A stretch of 32,000 nt of DNA, from assembly GCF_042678525.1 (NCBI RefSeq), contig NZ_JBHTKY010000007.1. One strand, written 5' to 3'. The DNA is from Sphingobacterium daejeonense. Its GTDB lineage: Bacteria > Bacteroidota > Bacteroidia > Sphingobacteriales > Sphingobacteriaceae. Positions 22,219-32,000 of this stretch are shown piece by piece (the first letter of the stretch is position 1; every line of letters begins with the position of its first letter). The notes under the pieces are model-generated. The model was not told where the DNA came from and made no database searches. It was given only the letters and a program-made list of their open reading frames with translations. A program made the translations under genes and the position numbers.

Positions 22219-23234
22219 AGTTTTACAAGTTCTACTCTTCTGTTTTTGGCTTTGTTTTCCTCCGAATCATTGGCAAACAAGGGGTTTTCTGCTCCGAACC
22301 CTTTAGCGGTCAAACGGGATTTATCTATCCCTGCGGTGATTAAAAATTGCATAACAGCGTTTGCTCTATTGTCGGAAAGTTTTTTATTATGTGCCGTATC
22401 ACCGGTATTATCGGTATGCCCTTCGATAGCAATTTTTAAAGAAGCGTCCTGTTGCAATGCTTTCGCGATTTGGTCTACTACTTCTTTTCCATCAGGCTTA
22501 ATGTCGGATTTATCTATGTCAAAATTGATATAAAGAATCGATTTACCTTTCTCGTTTAAGTCTTTTACAATATCGTCTGATGTGATTTTCTTTATGGTTT
22601 GCTTAAAAGCTTTTTCCTGTACAATTTGTATGGAAGTACTGCTCCCTCCACCTTTTTCCATAGCAATATAAACATTACCATCATTTCTTCTGATCACATA
22701 CATTGCAACTACCTCGTTCCAAACATCTAAGCTACCATTGCTTCCTCCATAGGTGGCAAGTTCCTTATATTTGTCTTTTTGTTCCTTTGTTAAGTTCCCT
22801 TCAAAAACCTTTAATCCTCCAGCATTTAAAATCGCATCCTCAAAACTTTTATTTAAATATCTCCCGCTTATTTCAACATCGCTATCCCTGTCTTTGTGAA
22901 CGTGGGATCTAAAAGTTTTTCCTTCAACTTCATAGATACTGTCAGGCGTAACGAATACGATAAAATCAAAATCCTTTACTTTTGGTTTGTTGATGTATTT
23001 AGCACCTTCCGGAGCGGTGAAAAATGGAAAATCTCCAATGGCTTCTGTGGAAATCGGTATAGTATTAATATCAAATTTAGTATCTTTTGAAGTAAGGTTC
23101 TCCTCAGCATTATTCTCTGATTTCACATCAATGGTTTCTTGTTTGCCCGTTTGTTTTTCTTCATTTTTATTGTTATTACATGCGAACAATAATTGGGCTA
23201 CTAAAAATGCTAAAAAAGTCTTTTTCATAATCAA
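22215..23234 (-). CDS. OmpA-family (peptidoglycan-binding C-terminal domain) lipoprotein
   Basis: Lipobox LLFAC. The C-terminus IAIEGHTDNTGDTAHNKKLSDNRANAVMQFLITAGIDKSRLTAKGFGAENPLFANDSEENKAKNRRVELV is a canonical OmpA_C domain. Confidence 0.85.
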   Translation of the reverse strand: MIMKKTFLAFLVAQLLFACNNNKNEEKQTGKQETIDVKSENNAEENLTSKDTKFDINTIPISTEAIGDFPFFTAPEGAKYINKPKVKDFDFIVFVTPDSIYEVEGKTFRSHVHKDRDSDVEISGRYLNKSFEDAILNAGGLKVFEGNLTKEQKDKYKELATYGGSNGSLDVWNEVVAMYVIRRNDGNVYIAMEKGGGSSTSIQIVQEKAFKQTIKKITSDDIVKDLNEKGKSILYINFDIDKSDIKPDGKEVVDQIAKALQQDASLKIAIEGHTDNTGDTAHNKKLSDNRANAVMQFLITAGIDKSRLTAKGFGAENPLFANDSEENKAKNRRVELVKL

Positions 23235-23324
23235 TTCAATGTTATAAATATTACTAAATAGCTAAAATACAAAAAAAAGCCAACGTAAAATAACATTGAC
23301 TTTCTTTAATCACATTATTAGTTT

Positions 23325-24575
23325 TCAGAGTTGCGACACAAAAGAGCGTTCCATACCCTTAAATTTATGTGAAACCTTTTGCATATCCTTTCCGACTTTC
23401 TCGTTGAGTATCTTGGCGTAAATCTGAGTGGTGGCAATGTTCTTATGTCCTAACATTTTGCTCAAACTTTCAAGCGGAACACCCTCGCTTAAAAACAACG
23501 TAGCAAACGTGTGACGTGCCAAATGAAAGGTTACTTTCTTTTCTTTCAGGCAGTCGATTTGTTTGGATATTGTACTTAATCTATCGTTGCAGTAGCTGTT
23601 AGACGGAACAGGAAAAACCTTGCCGTCCTTTGAAAATCCTGCATATTTCTCAATAATCATTTTTGGAATATCCAACAGCATTACATTGGATGATGTTGCT
23701 GTCTTTTTCCTGCGCACAATAATCCATTGATTGCCGTCAAAGAACTCCTGAATATTGCTGTTTTTAAGTCCTTTCATATCCGAATAGGACAGCCCTGTAA
23801 AGCAACTGAAAACAAACAGATCTTTAACCAACTCATCTTTCTTTTTCTCACAGTTGAATGTTACAAGCTGTTCCAACTCGTTCCGCAACAAATAACCACG
23901 GTCTTTGTCCTTTTTAGTATTCTTGTACTCGCTGAACGGATTAAAAGCAAGATGCTTTCTGCTCATTGCCAATCGGCAAAGCGTGGTAAATCCAATCATA
24001 TACAGCCAAATGGTATTGTGTGTCAAACTTTGGTCGTCACGTAGATAATAATCAAAGTCCTGTACAAAATAAGGTGTAAGGTCGTTAAAGGACACATCGG
24101 AATAGCCGTATTTTGTAAGTGCAAAATTTCGCAGGTGTTTTAAAAGTATTTTGTATTTACTGCATGTGCCATTTACCCGAAGTCCGCTGTTTACCTTTTT
24201 TTCATAGTCGGACAGGAACTGTTCATAGAATTTGAAAAAGGTAAGCTCTCCGCTTTCCATACCAAGAAAAGCATTTTTAAGCTTAGCACTACTTACAGCC
24301 CCCTCGTTTTTCAGGATTTTGGAATAACATTCCTCGATACCCGAACGAATTTTGTCAAGTTTGCTGTTTGTGTCCTGGGCTTCTCGGCTTTTACCTAAAA
24401 CCCTGCCGTACTTCAAATCCCAATTTGATGCAGAAATATCCAGCTTGGTACTGAATGCAGACTGTTTACCGTTTACGGTAACCCTGCATATAACCGTAAC
24501 TTTTCCGTTCTTCTTCGGGGCGTTCTTTTTAAGGTAGAAAAGCACCTTAAATGTTGATTTTTTTGTCGTTTCCAT
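23325..24575 (-). CDS. int: Site-specific tyrosine recombinase (Bacteroidota integrase with N-terminal arm-binding domain)
   Basis: The start is taken at ATG 24575 (METTKKSTFKVLFYLKKNAPKKNGKVTVICRVTVNGKQSAFSTK, the typical Arm-DNA-binding N-terminus). The track ORF starts 22 codons earlier. Catalytic region: HLARHTFATLFL, LLGHKNIATTQIYAKI. Confidence 0.9.
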   Translation of the reverse strand: METTKKSTFKVLFYLKKNAPKKNGKVTVICRVTVNGKQSAFSTKLDISASNWDLKYGRVLGKSREAQDTNSKLDKIRSGIEECYSKILKNEGAVSSAKLKNAFLGMESGELTFFKFYEQFLSDYEKKVNSGLRVNGTCSKYKILLKHLRNFALTKYGYSDVSFNDLTPYFVQDFDYYLRDDQSLTHNTIWLYMIGFTTLCRLAMSRKHLAFNPFSEYKNTKKDKDRGYLLRNELEQLVTFNCEKKKDELVKDLFVFSCFTGLSYSDMKGLKNSNIQEFFDGNQWIIVRRKKTATSSNVMLLDIPKMIIEKYAGFSKDGKVFPVPSNSYCNDRLSTISKQIDCLKEKKVTFHLARHTFATLFLSEGVPLESLSKMLGHKNIATTQIYAKILNEKVGKDMQKVSHKFKGMERSFVSQL

Positions 24576-24751
24576 ACTCACAATTCTTAATGATAAAATT
24601 AAACTTATGTGAGCCACGGAACAATATGAAAAATTGAGCAAAAAGCTGAAATACAGTATTTTGAAGCGATTGTTTCCGATGTTTAAAAGTAACGTTTTAG
24701 TAACCTTACTTTTGCTAATCGTTGCTTTTTCCTGCTTTTTACCTCATTACC

Positions 24752-24797
24752 AAAAAATCATAAAACGGCTGTAAAGCCTTTATTTACAACCGTTTTT
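24752..24797 (-). terminator. Rho-independent terminator of the LacI-family gene (host side of the island junction)
   Basis: AAAACGG-C-TGTAAA (24762-24775), loop GCCTTTA, TTTACA-A-CCGTTTT (24783-24796). On the minus strand it is followed by ATGATTTTTTGG. Confidence 0.7.
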
Positions 24798-24838
24798 CCT
24801 GTTTTCAATCTTTGATGTATATTTACTGAAAATTTATT

Positions 24839-25867
24839 TTATAATAACGTTGATTTTCTCGGGATCAGTTTTGTTTTCAATTCAATAGTTTCAAATTCTT
24901 CCTTAGGGTATTTTGAGTTTATGATTTCCAACAATTTCTGAAATGCAACCATTCCAATTTCTTCTGTTGGTTGGACAACCGTGGATAATGACGGATTCAG
25001 GGAATTTGGTATGCGAATATTTGAAAATCCAATAACTGAAATTTCTCTAGGAACATCGATGTTCATTTCAGCGAGGATTCCTAAGGTCAGGGTAGTAATA
25101 TCGTCGGTTGCTCCAAATATGGCATCAACTTTAATGTTTTTGGATTTTAGAAATTTCAACTTCTTGGTAATGGACTGTTCGATTTCATCGTGTTTTCCAT
25201 AATCACATTCTAGATATAAATTGTTGTCGAATTCTATTTGATGATCTTTAAGACATTTCTTAAAACCCAATAGCCTATCTGCTGTCACTCCGATATTTTT
25301 TGCTGTAATATGCAAGATGTTTTTCTTGCCGGAGTCCAATAGATGTTTCGTTGCTTCATAGGCACTCAGTTTATTGTCAATACCGACTTTATGGGTTTCG
25401 ATATTGTGGTTTACCCTGTCGAAAAGTACAACAGGTATACCTGAATCTTGCAGATCTCTAAGCTGGTTGAAATTAGAATTATAGGAAACTGGGGAAATCA
25501 AAAGGCCATCAATCCCTCGAATCCTTAATACTTCAATGGCATGTTTCTCCAGATTGACATCATCTCTACTTTGCATAATGATTATATCATATTTTTCGAG
25601 TTGAGATGCTTTGTGAATACCGTCAAGGATTTGAGAAATAAAAGTGCTGCTGATATTAAAAACAATGACGCCAATAGTGTTTGTTTTTCCGGTTTTTAAG
25701 GTTCTAGCAACCTTATTAGGGATATAATTATGTTTTTCGGCATATTCTTTAACCAATTTTTTTGTCGATTCACTTATTTCATAGCTGTCTGAGAGAGATT
25801 TGGAAACAGTTGATACCGATAGTTTTAAATCTTTTGCAATGTCCTTTAAAGTTTTACGTTCTATCAT
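24839..25867 (-). CDS. LacI-family transcriptional regulator
   Basis: N-terminal HTH TLKDIAKDLKLSVSTVSKSLSD...SESTKKLVKEYAEKHNYIPNKVARTLKTGKTNTIGVIV, followed by a periplasmic-binding-protein-like sugar-binding fold. Confidence 0.9.
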   Translation of the reverse strand: MIERKTLKDIAKDLKLSVSTVSKSLSDSYEISESTKKLVKEYAEKHNYIPNKVARTLKTGKTNTIGVIVFNISSTFISQILDGIHKASQLEKYDIIIMQSRDDVNLEKHAIEVLRIRGIDGLLISPVSYNSNFNQLRDLQDSGIPVVLFDRVNHNIETHKVGIDNKLSAYEATKHLLDSGKKNILHITAKNIGVTADRLLGFKKCLKDHQIEFDNNLYLECDYGKHDEIEQSITKKLKFLKSKNIKVDAIFGATDDITTLTLGILAEMNIDVPREISVIGFSNIRIPNSLNPSLSTVVQPTEEIGMVAFQKLLEIINSKYPKEEFETIELKTKLIPRKSTLL

Positions 25868-25962
25868 CTTTAGTTCCTCTTGAAATTACCAATGGGAATG
25901 GTGTCTTCTAAACAATAAATAAACGGAATTTTCATGGAATTGGCAATTTATGGATTAGAATA

Positions 25963-25998
25963 AATAAAAAAGATCCCAAATAAATGATTTGGGATCTT
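25963..25998 (-). terminator. Rho-independent terminator of the 26018..26953 lipoprotein gene
   Basis: AAGATCCCAAAT (25970-25981), loop AAATG, ATTTGGGATCTT (25987-25998). On the minus strand it is followed by a T-run (A-run at 25965-25970). Confidence 0.8.
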
Positions 25999-26017
25999 AA
26001 ATATATAATTCAATATT

Positions 26018-26953
26018 TTATAAGTTCATTGGGACCGCGGCAAATGGAAGTACAACATTTTCTTTCACTAGTTTACCATCTTTATATATACTTAAAAGAA
26101 TATTACCTGTATAATATGAGTATTGATATAGATCTCCTTTAGTTTCATGTAAATCTTGCATTACACCTTTAGTTTCATATTTGATCCAATCTTTCTTGTT
26201 AAAGATTAAATAATCATCATAAATTAATGGCCCAATATATTCATAATAGTCTACATAATTTAAGCCTCTTGATTTGTCGAGTATTGTTTCTTTTTGGGTA
26301 TAGTTACTCAGGTTTTTTTCAAGGTTCAGCACTAGCCACTGTCCTGAATTTGAACTAACACTAAATTTAAAATCGTAATATTCATCCCTATGGTTATACT
26401 TTGTTGCGCTGTTGCTTGATGCCATAGAATAAAACCTGAATTTGGGATCCACTGTTCTCACTTCAAAGATTAAAGATTTACATGGTAAACTACTAACCGA
26501 ATCAATATTAAAAGACCCATTCAATAATTTTTTATTATTTGGATTATTGTATTCAGCTACTTCACCTTTAAAATTAAAAGAAACTGTTTGAAGAGTTTTG
26601 TTATAATTAAAGTCTGTTATTTCAAATGTTTTTTCAGGTTGGTGAACGGGAGTATTGTAAGAATTATTAATACCAGTACTTTTTGTTCCGTAACTCAAAG
26701 AAACCAAGGAACCATTAGTCAATAAGGTGAAACTTACTTTGGAATTACGCCCATCATTGGTAGATACTTCAGCACTGACATATAATTTTCCGCAATTTTC
26801 ATTGCCTATCGCGTAATTAATCTTTCCTTTTAATTCTGAGTTATTCTCTGAGATACTGAAAGATGAATCCTTAGGATCTTCAATTTCGTCTGCTTTTTTA
26901 CAGCCTGTCATGGCAATAAAAATAATAAATACTAATAAATGGAATCGGTTCAT
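26018..26953 (-). CDS. Hypothetical lipoprotein
   Basis: Signal plus lipobox FIIFIAMTGC. It is a 311-aa Asn/Ser/Tyr-rich beta-type sequence with no recognised domain. Confidence 0.6.
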   Translation of the reverse strand: MNRFHLLVFIIFIAMTGCKKADEIEDPKDSSFSISENNSELKGKINYAIGNENCGKLYVSAEVSTNDGRNSKVSFTLLTNGSLVSLSYGTKSTGINNSYNTPVHQPEKTFEITDFNYNKTLQTVSFNFKGEVAEYNNPNNKKLLNGSFNIDSVSSLPCKSLIFEVRTVDPKFRFYSMASSNSATKYNHRDEYYDFKFSVSSNSGQWLVLNLEKNLSNYTQKETILDKSRGLNYVDYYEYIGPLIYDDYLIFNKKDWIKYETKGVMQDLHETKGDLYQYSYYTGNILLSIYKDGKLVKENVVLPFAAVPMNL

Positions 26954-27309
26954 AATTTTAACAGTTAATGTGTTGAAAATGGCAAATATCTTTTCTTGTT
27001 ATAATACTCAAGAAATATTTTTTCAAATATAGACATATGTTTTGATGAAAGGTTTACTGTTGTTTAAAATTTTATATTCTTGACCTTTCCTTGTTAAAGA
27101 AAACAATAAAATAAGCTTATATTTTTTACAGAAAGTAAATCCTTGGCCGTCATTTATTTTCTACAAATTAAATTAATGTTAAGTTAACATCAATTCTTGG
27201 ATAGTTATTTGATAGTTCTATTTGGAATCCTAATTATTAGGATGAAGGAATATAAATTGGAATAATTTATGTTTTTAATTTGATGGCGAAGCTTTTCGAA
27301 TAAAATGGT

Positions 27310-27981
27310 ATGCAAAAGGTAAAAGTTATAATCACAGGTACCACAGGTATGGTTGGTGAGGGAGTACTTCAGGAATGTTTAATAAATCCAGAAGTGGAAA
27401 GTGTTTTGATCGTAAATAGAAGGGAATATCCATTACAGCATCCTAAATTAAGACAAGTCATACTTTCGGACATCCTAGAGATTGACCAACTGGGCAATGA
27501 TCTACTGGACTATAATGCTTGTTATTTTTGTGCTGGAGTTTCCTCTGTAGGAATGGATGAGGAGGAGTATACCAAAATGACTTATGATTTAACACTCTCA
27601 TTCGCCCAAAAATTGGTAAAAATTAATTCTGATATAACCTTTTGTTATGTTTCTGGAAGTGGTACCGACAGTTCTGAAAAGGGCAGGAGCATGTGGGCTA
27701 GGGTCAAAGGAAAGACAGAAAATGACCTGATGAAATTACCATTTAAAGCCGTATATAATTTTCGTCCTGCTTTTATGCGGCCAACCCCAGGCGCAAAAAA
27801 TGTAAAACCATTGTTTAGATTTATAACTTCTTTATACCCGATTCTGAGACCTTTCAGCAAAACTTATTTCTTGACTTTAGAAGAAGTGGGTAAAGCTATG
27901 ATAGCCGTATCAATTCATGGTTATAATAAACATGTCCTTGAAGTACAAGATATTTCATTTTTAGCTTCAAAAAATATATAG
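27310..27981 (+). CDS. NAD(P)H-binding protein (atypical SDR / epimerase-like)
   Basis: N-terminal Rossmann motif KVIITGTTGMVGEGVL. The size and layout fit NAD(P)-binding domain proteins of the NmrA/HTATIP2-like group. Confidence 0.7.
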   Translation: MQKVKVIITGTTGMVGEGVLQECLINPEVESVLIVNRREYPLQHPKLRQVILSDILEIDQLGNDLLDYNACYFCAGVSSVGMDEEEYTKMTYDLTLSFAQKLVKINSDITFCYVSGSGTDSSEKGRSMWARVKGKTENDLMKLPFKAVYNFRPAFMRPTPGAKNVKPLFRFITSLYPILRPFSKTYFLTLEEVGKAMIAVSIHGYNKHVLEVQDISFLASKNI

Positions 27982-28401
27982 GTAATTATTTTTTAGCTAA
28001 AAATACCCATCTTAAAAACTCCCAATATTATTGCCAATCTTAAAAGAAATTGAAGTATCATTTTTTGCGTAAAAATCATGATGCTTTAAGTATTCTTTAT
28101 TTCTGAAAAACAAGTGTTTTTTTTGAATAAATAATTAATTGTCTAAACAATCAATTTGAGAGATTGATTAGTAATTAACTAAAATTAATTTAATACTCTT
28201 TTTTTAATTATAAAAATTTATTGATTCAGGTCAAAAATTTTTAAAAAAAATTATAAATCAATTCAAATTTTTGTGTTATTTAGTGTCAACATTGACAACT
28301 AAAATATAACCTAATATAGACTGCTTGTCGGTCTGTACGAACAATTTTTAGAGCCAAATTTATAAATCGTTTTAGCATTATTTATTATTAACTATATTCT
28401 T

Positions 28402-31400
28402 ATGTGGAATTCTGACAAATATACTCGTAGAGGAAACAGACTATGGATTATTCCTTTAGTGCTCCTCGCAACAAGTTACAGTCCTGCTAACGCTAGTGTT
28501 AGTTTGGGTCCCAACAAATTCCTGACCTCTAAATTACAACAGCAAACCGTTTCAGGTGTTGTTCGTGATGCTGGAAACAATCAGCCAATGGGCGGTGTTA
28601 CCATTTCGGTAAAAGGAACTAGCGTGGCTACTCAAACAGATGACAATGGTAATTTCTCCATTGAAGCCAGCACCGGACAGGTAATCGTTGCCAACTTCTT
28701 AGGCTATCAGTCTCAAGAGAAAACCGTAAGTTCTGGTACCATGAACTTCTCACTTCAAAGCTCGGATCAACAAATCGAAGAGCTGGTAGTCGTGGGTTAT
28801 GGTACAATGAGAAAATCAGATGTAACTGGTTCTATCTCCAATGTAAAAGGAGAGGACATGATCAAGGTTCAATCCTTCAGTCCTTTAGAAAACTTAAGGG
28901 GTAAAGCTCCGGGTGTAAACATCTTTTCAAACTCAAGTCAGCCAGGCGCTTATGGTAACCGTGTGTTAATCCGTGGTACAAATACGATCAACTCTTCATC
29001 CAACCCATTATATGTTGTAGATGGTGTGGTAATGCAAGATTTTCACCTATTGAATCCAAATGATATTGAGAGCATAGAGGTATTAAAAGATGCTTCTTCT
29101 GCAGCTATTTATGGAGCAAGAGGTGCCAACGGTGTTATCTTGGTAACTACTAAAAGAGGAAATAAAGATGGTAGAAGAACGATAACCTATTCAGGATCGG
29201 TGAGCAGTAATTCTGTCCAAAGATATATGGATGTACTTTCTGGTCAAGAGTGGGTAGATGCTTTTATGATTGGGTTGGAAAATGAAAACAAGTGGCAAGG
29301 AAAATCTTGGAGCCTAGACAAAAAGTCGTGGTTCAATGATCCAAATTACTTTGATGCTAATGGTAACCCATTGTACAATACGGATTGGCAGAGAGAAGCT
29401 ACCAGAAATTCTCTTTCACACAATCATCAAATCGATATTCAACAAGGAGATGAGAATTCATCTGTTGGTGCTTTCTTAAACTATTCTGAAAACCAAGGGG
29501 TTGTGAACAATACTTATAGTAAACGGGTGAATGGTAAATTGGCTTATGATTCCAAAGTTAAAGATTGGTTGTCATCTAGCGTTAATTTATTGGTGAACCA
29601 TACATGGGGCCGTCATACTCCTGAAGATGGTGGGGGACAGGATGCTCGTCGTACTATGATTGAAATGCTTCCTTGGTTACCAGTTCACCAACCTGATGGT
29701 GTATATACCAATTCTTCATCCTCTACAGTTTCAAATGTATTGGGATTTGAGGGTATGGCAAATCCAGTATCCATCCTAGATCTTCAAAAAAGAATGCGCT
29801 ATAATACTCAGATCTTTGGTAATGCGGCTTTGACTTTCCACTTAGCTGATGGATTAGATTTGAAAACGCAGTTTGGTATTGACAACCATAGAAAAGAATA
29901 TAGAGGTTATTCATCTATTACTTTGAACAATATTTCAAGGCCAAATGGCTGGGCTGAAGTAAATACCTGGAATGACCTGTATTGGCAAGAAGAAACCTAT
30001 TTAACGTATAACAAAGCATTTGATAAGCATAGAATCAATGCAATGGCGGGTCTTTCTTGGCAAGCACGTACATATTTTGGTTTTTCAGCTAGGACAGAAG
30101 GATTTACATCTGATGCATATGAGTATAACAACCTAGGTGTTGGTTCTATCCCTGGAGCACCAAGTTCTGGAGCTAATAAATGGGCGATGAATTCATACTT
30201 TGTTCGTGGTAACTATAGTTACGACGATCGTTACTCATTAACAGTTACAGCTCGTGCTGATGGATCTTCAAAATTCGGTAAGGATAAGAAATATGGTTTC
30301 TTCCCTTCAGCGGGTGTAGCATGGAATGTTTCGAATGAAGATTTCATGAAGGACCAAACTACGGTTAGTAACTTTAAGATTCACACAAGTTATGGTGTAA
30401 CTGGTAACTCAGAGATCAACCCATATTCTTCATTATTTATGATTAACGCTGGAACGACCTTGTTAGGAGGAATCCGTGAACCATCAGCTTTTGTAGGTAA
30501 TCTTGGTAACTCGAGTTTACAATGGGAGAAAACTAAAACTTATGATGCTGGTATCGAATTAGGATTTTTCCAAAATCGTTTGAATTTTGATGTTTCATAT
30601 TACAGAAAAACAACTACAGATCTATTGTTAGAATCTCCAGTTCCAACAGCAACGGGTTACCGCAGTGTTTGGAGAAATATTGGTGCTGTTAGAAACTCTG
30701 GGGTTGAATTCTTAGTAAATGGTTCACCAGTTCGTTCGGAAAACTTCAATTGGAATGTGACTTTAAATGGTAGTTATAACAAAAATGAGGTAATTAAACT
30801 AGGAGCAAACAACGAGGATATTTTGATCAATAACTGGGTTGGTGGACCAAATGGTATCATCAGAGTAGGCGAGGATTTGAATAGTTTCTATGGTTATAAG
30901 AGAAATGGCATTTATACTGTTCAAGATTTCGAAAACGGTGATATTCCAGAGGATAAAATTGGTAGACCAAACCGTTCAACTAACCAAGAGATTTTAGGTA
31001 AAGGTGTTCCTAGCTGGACAGGTAGTTTTATCAACAACCTGAACTATCAGAACTTTGATTTAACCGTTGATCTTCAGTATGTATATGGAGTTGAAACATT
31101 GCAACAGTTTTATCACTCAACTTATGATCGTTTTGGTATCACCAATGGTTTGACAGAGATTTTGACTGATGCATATAATGGTTCAAATCCAAATACTATG
31201 CAACAAGCGATTTATTTAACAAACAATGGTCACGCTGGACAGGATACTAACGTTGATTCACAATGGATCGCTGATGGATCATATATCCGTGTAAACTTGA
31301 TTCAATTGGGTTACACTTTCAAGCCTGATTTGTTAAGTAAAATGGGATTCTCGGCATTGCGTATTTATGCAAGTGCTAATAATCCTTGGTTATTTACAAG

Positions 31401-31527
31401 TAAAGAATTTAAGGGATACGATCCAGAAAGTTCTTCACAAGGTGAATATAAGTTTGGTCAAAACGTAACGTTCTTCTCTTATCCAAGAGCAAAGACATTC
31501 ACATTCGGCCTTAATTTGACTTTATAA
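28402..31527 (+). CDS. susC: SusC/RagA-family TonB-dependent outer-membrane transporter
   Basis: Carboxypeptidase-regulatory-like N-terminal domain (VSGVVRDAGNNQPMGGVTISVKGT...TDDNGNFSI). Plug region (VVVGYGTMRKSDVTGS, IESIEVLKDASSAAIYGARGANGVILVTTKRG). It is a 1041-aa beta-barrel, followed 20 nt later by a SusD-like gene. Confidence 0.9.
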   Translation: MWNSDKYTRRGNRLWIIPLVLLATSYSPANASVSLGPNKFLTSKLQQQTVSGVVRDAGNNQPMGGVTISVKGTSVATQTDDNGNFSIEASTGQVIVANFLGYQSQEKTVSSGTMNFSLQSSDQQIEELVVVGYGTMRKSDVTGSISNVKGEDMIKVQSFSPLENLRGKAPGVNIFSNSSQPGAYGNRVLIRGTNTINSSSNPLYVVDGVVMQDFHLLNPNDIESIEVLKDASSAAIYGARGANGVILVTTKRGNKDGRRTITYSGSVSSNSVQRYMDVLSGQEWVDAFMIGLENENKWQGKSWSLDKKSWFNDPNYFDANGNPLYNTDWQREATRNSLSHNHQIDIQQGDENSSVGAFLNYSENQGVVNNTYSKRVNGKLAYDSKVKDWLSSSVNLLVNHTWGRHTPEDGGGQDARRTMIEMLPWLPVHQPDGVYTNSSSSTVSNVLGFEGMANPVSILDLQKRMRYNTQIFGNAALTFHLADGLDLKTQFGIDNHRKEYRGYSSITLNNISRPNGWAEVNTWNDLYWQEETYLTYNKAFDKHRINAMAGLSWQARTYFGFSARTEGFTSDAYEYNNLGVGSIPGAPSSGANKWAMNSYFVRGNYSYDDRYSLTVTARADGSSKFGKDKKYGFFPSAGVAWNVSNEDFMKDQTTVSNFKIHTSYGVTGNSEINPYSSLFMINAGTTLLGGIREPSAFVGNLGNSSLQWEKTKTYDAGIELGFFQNRLNFDVSYYRKTTTDLLLESPVPTATGYRSVWRNIGAVRNSGVEFLVNGSPVRSENFNWNVTLNGSYNKNEVIKLGANNEDILINNWVGGPNGIIRVGEDLNSFYGYKRNGIYTVQDFENGDIPEDKIGRPNRSTNQEILGKGVPSWTGSFINNLNYQNFDLTVDLQYVYGVETLQQFYHSTYDRFGITNGLTEILTDAYNGSNPNTMQQAIYLTNNGHAGQDTNVDSQWIADGSYIRVNLIQLGYTFKPDLLSKMGFSALRIYASANNPWLFTSKEFKGYDPESSSQGEYKFGQNVTFFSYPRAKTFTFGLNLTL

Positions 31528-31547
31528 TTTCTTGAAGAAACATTATT

Positions 31548-32000
31548 ATGAAAACTAAAAATTTTGCAATCGCTATACTTCTTACTGGGGCTTTGAGTTT
31601 AAGTTCATGTGAGAAATTTTTGGAAGAGAACCCTGATTCGAATGAGCAGTTAGAAGTTTTCTTTAAAACAGAGGCACAGGCTACAGCAAATGTCAATGCA
31701 TTATATCGTCGTGGTGCACCAGTACGTTATGGTAATGCCGGAAGTGCATATTTGGGTCCTACAGCTTCAATTCCTACCTTTTTAACGGGTTATTTCACCA
31801 ACTCTTATGAAAATCAAGAATTGGTATGTGCATATTCACGCCAATTGGTCAGGCAACAAAATACACGTATTGTTTCCAATACGATGAATTCCATTTGGGA
31901 TGATGGTTATTCTGCCATTAATATAGCCAATGGAGGAATTAAACATATTCCGGATATTGCTATGCCAAATGAGCAAAATAAAAAAGTTCTGATCGCAACT
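31548..32000 (+). CDS. susD: SusD/RagB-family nutrient-binding lipoprotein, 3' end runs off the window
   Basis: My translation from ATG 31548 reads MKTKNFAIAILLTGALSLSSCEKFLEENPDSNEQLEVFFKTEAQATANVNALY. It has a lipobox, and CxxFLxExP is the usual SusD N-terminus. It is not in the ORF track because it is open to the window edge. Confidence 0.85.
   Translation, partial: MKTKNFAIAILLTGALSLSSCEKFLEENPDSNEQLEVFFKTEAQATANVNALYRRGAPVRYGNAGSAYLGPTASIPTFLTGYFTNSYENQELVCAYSRQLVRQQNTRIVSNTMNSIWDDGYSAINIANGGIKHIPDIAMPNEQNKKVLIAT

Larger units (their letters stand above)
13600..24740. mobile_element. Composite integrative island (tyrosine-integrase type): at least two accreted modules, boundaries approximate
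   Basis: An intact integrase sits at the right end (23325..24575). A truncated second integrase copy lies at 19732..20170. The island also holds excisionase-type HTH genes, truncated ORFs at 17.87-18.1 kb, and nuclease/helicase cargo. It is flanked by host terminators (13515-13548 and 24762-24796) and by similar RGTAACG-N4-RGTAAC...TTGCTTT segments at 13614 and 24688. Confidence 0.5.

Noticed and set aside
24576-24641. 22-codon N-terminal extension of the integrase ORF
   Set aside because: The typical Bacteroidota integrase N-terminus (M-x-T-x-KSTFKVLFYLKK) starts at the Met at 24575, and the extension is hydrophobic junk.

Overview
AT-rich Bacteroidota-like chromosome segment (SusC/SusD pair, many lipoproteins, Bacteroidota-type tyrosine integrase). 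All calls come from motif recognition and hand translation, with no database search.

Layout:
1) Core, 1-6.5 kb: an ABC-F ATPase that runs off the left edge, pyrD, an NlpE-like lipoprotein, and a TPP-riboswitch-controlled thiM-thiE-thiD-tenA salvage operon.
2) Accessory, 6.5-11.6 kb: a gap-free minus-strand three-gene operon of TIR-TM / ~790-aa beta-propeller / TM-2xRCK(TrkA-N)-RyR. I cannot match it to any named system, and it is my top candidate for an undescribed TIR-based signalling or defence module.
3) 11.76-12.72 kb: a GC-rich block with no credible ORF, packed with tandem repeats, palindromes and dispersed hairpin repeats. It is followed by yceI and a 20-codon scar of an efflux outer-membrane-factor gene.
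4) About 13.6-24.7 kb: a composite integrative island. It carries a 1090-aa SNF2 helicase-Mrr nuclease fusion with an overlapping upstream partner (Zorya ZorC/ZorD-like, no ZorAB, 5' side truncated). It also has two excisionase-type HTH genes, a GIY-YIG nuclease, a truncated second integrase copy, a lipoprotein/OmpA cargo cluster and an intact integrase.
5) Core, 24.8-32 kb: a LacI regulator, a lipoprotein, an NAD(P)-binding protein and a SusC/SusD pair (SusD runs off the right edge).
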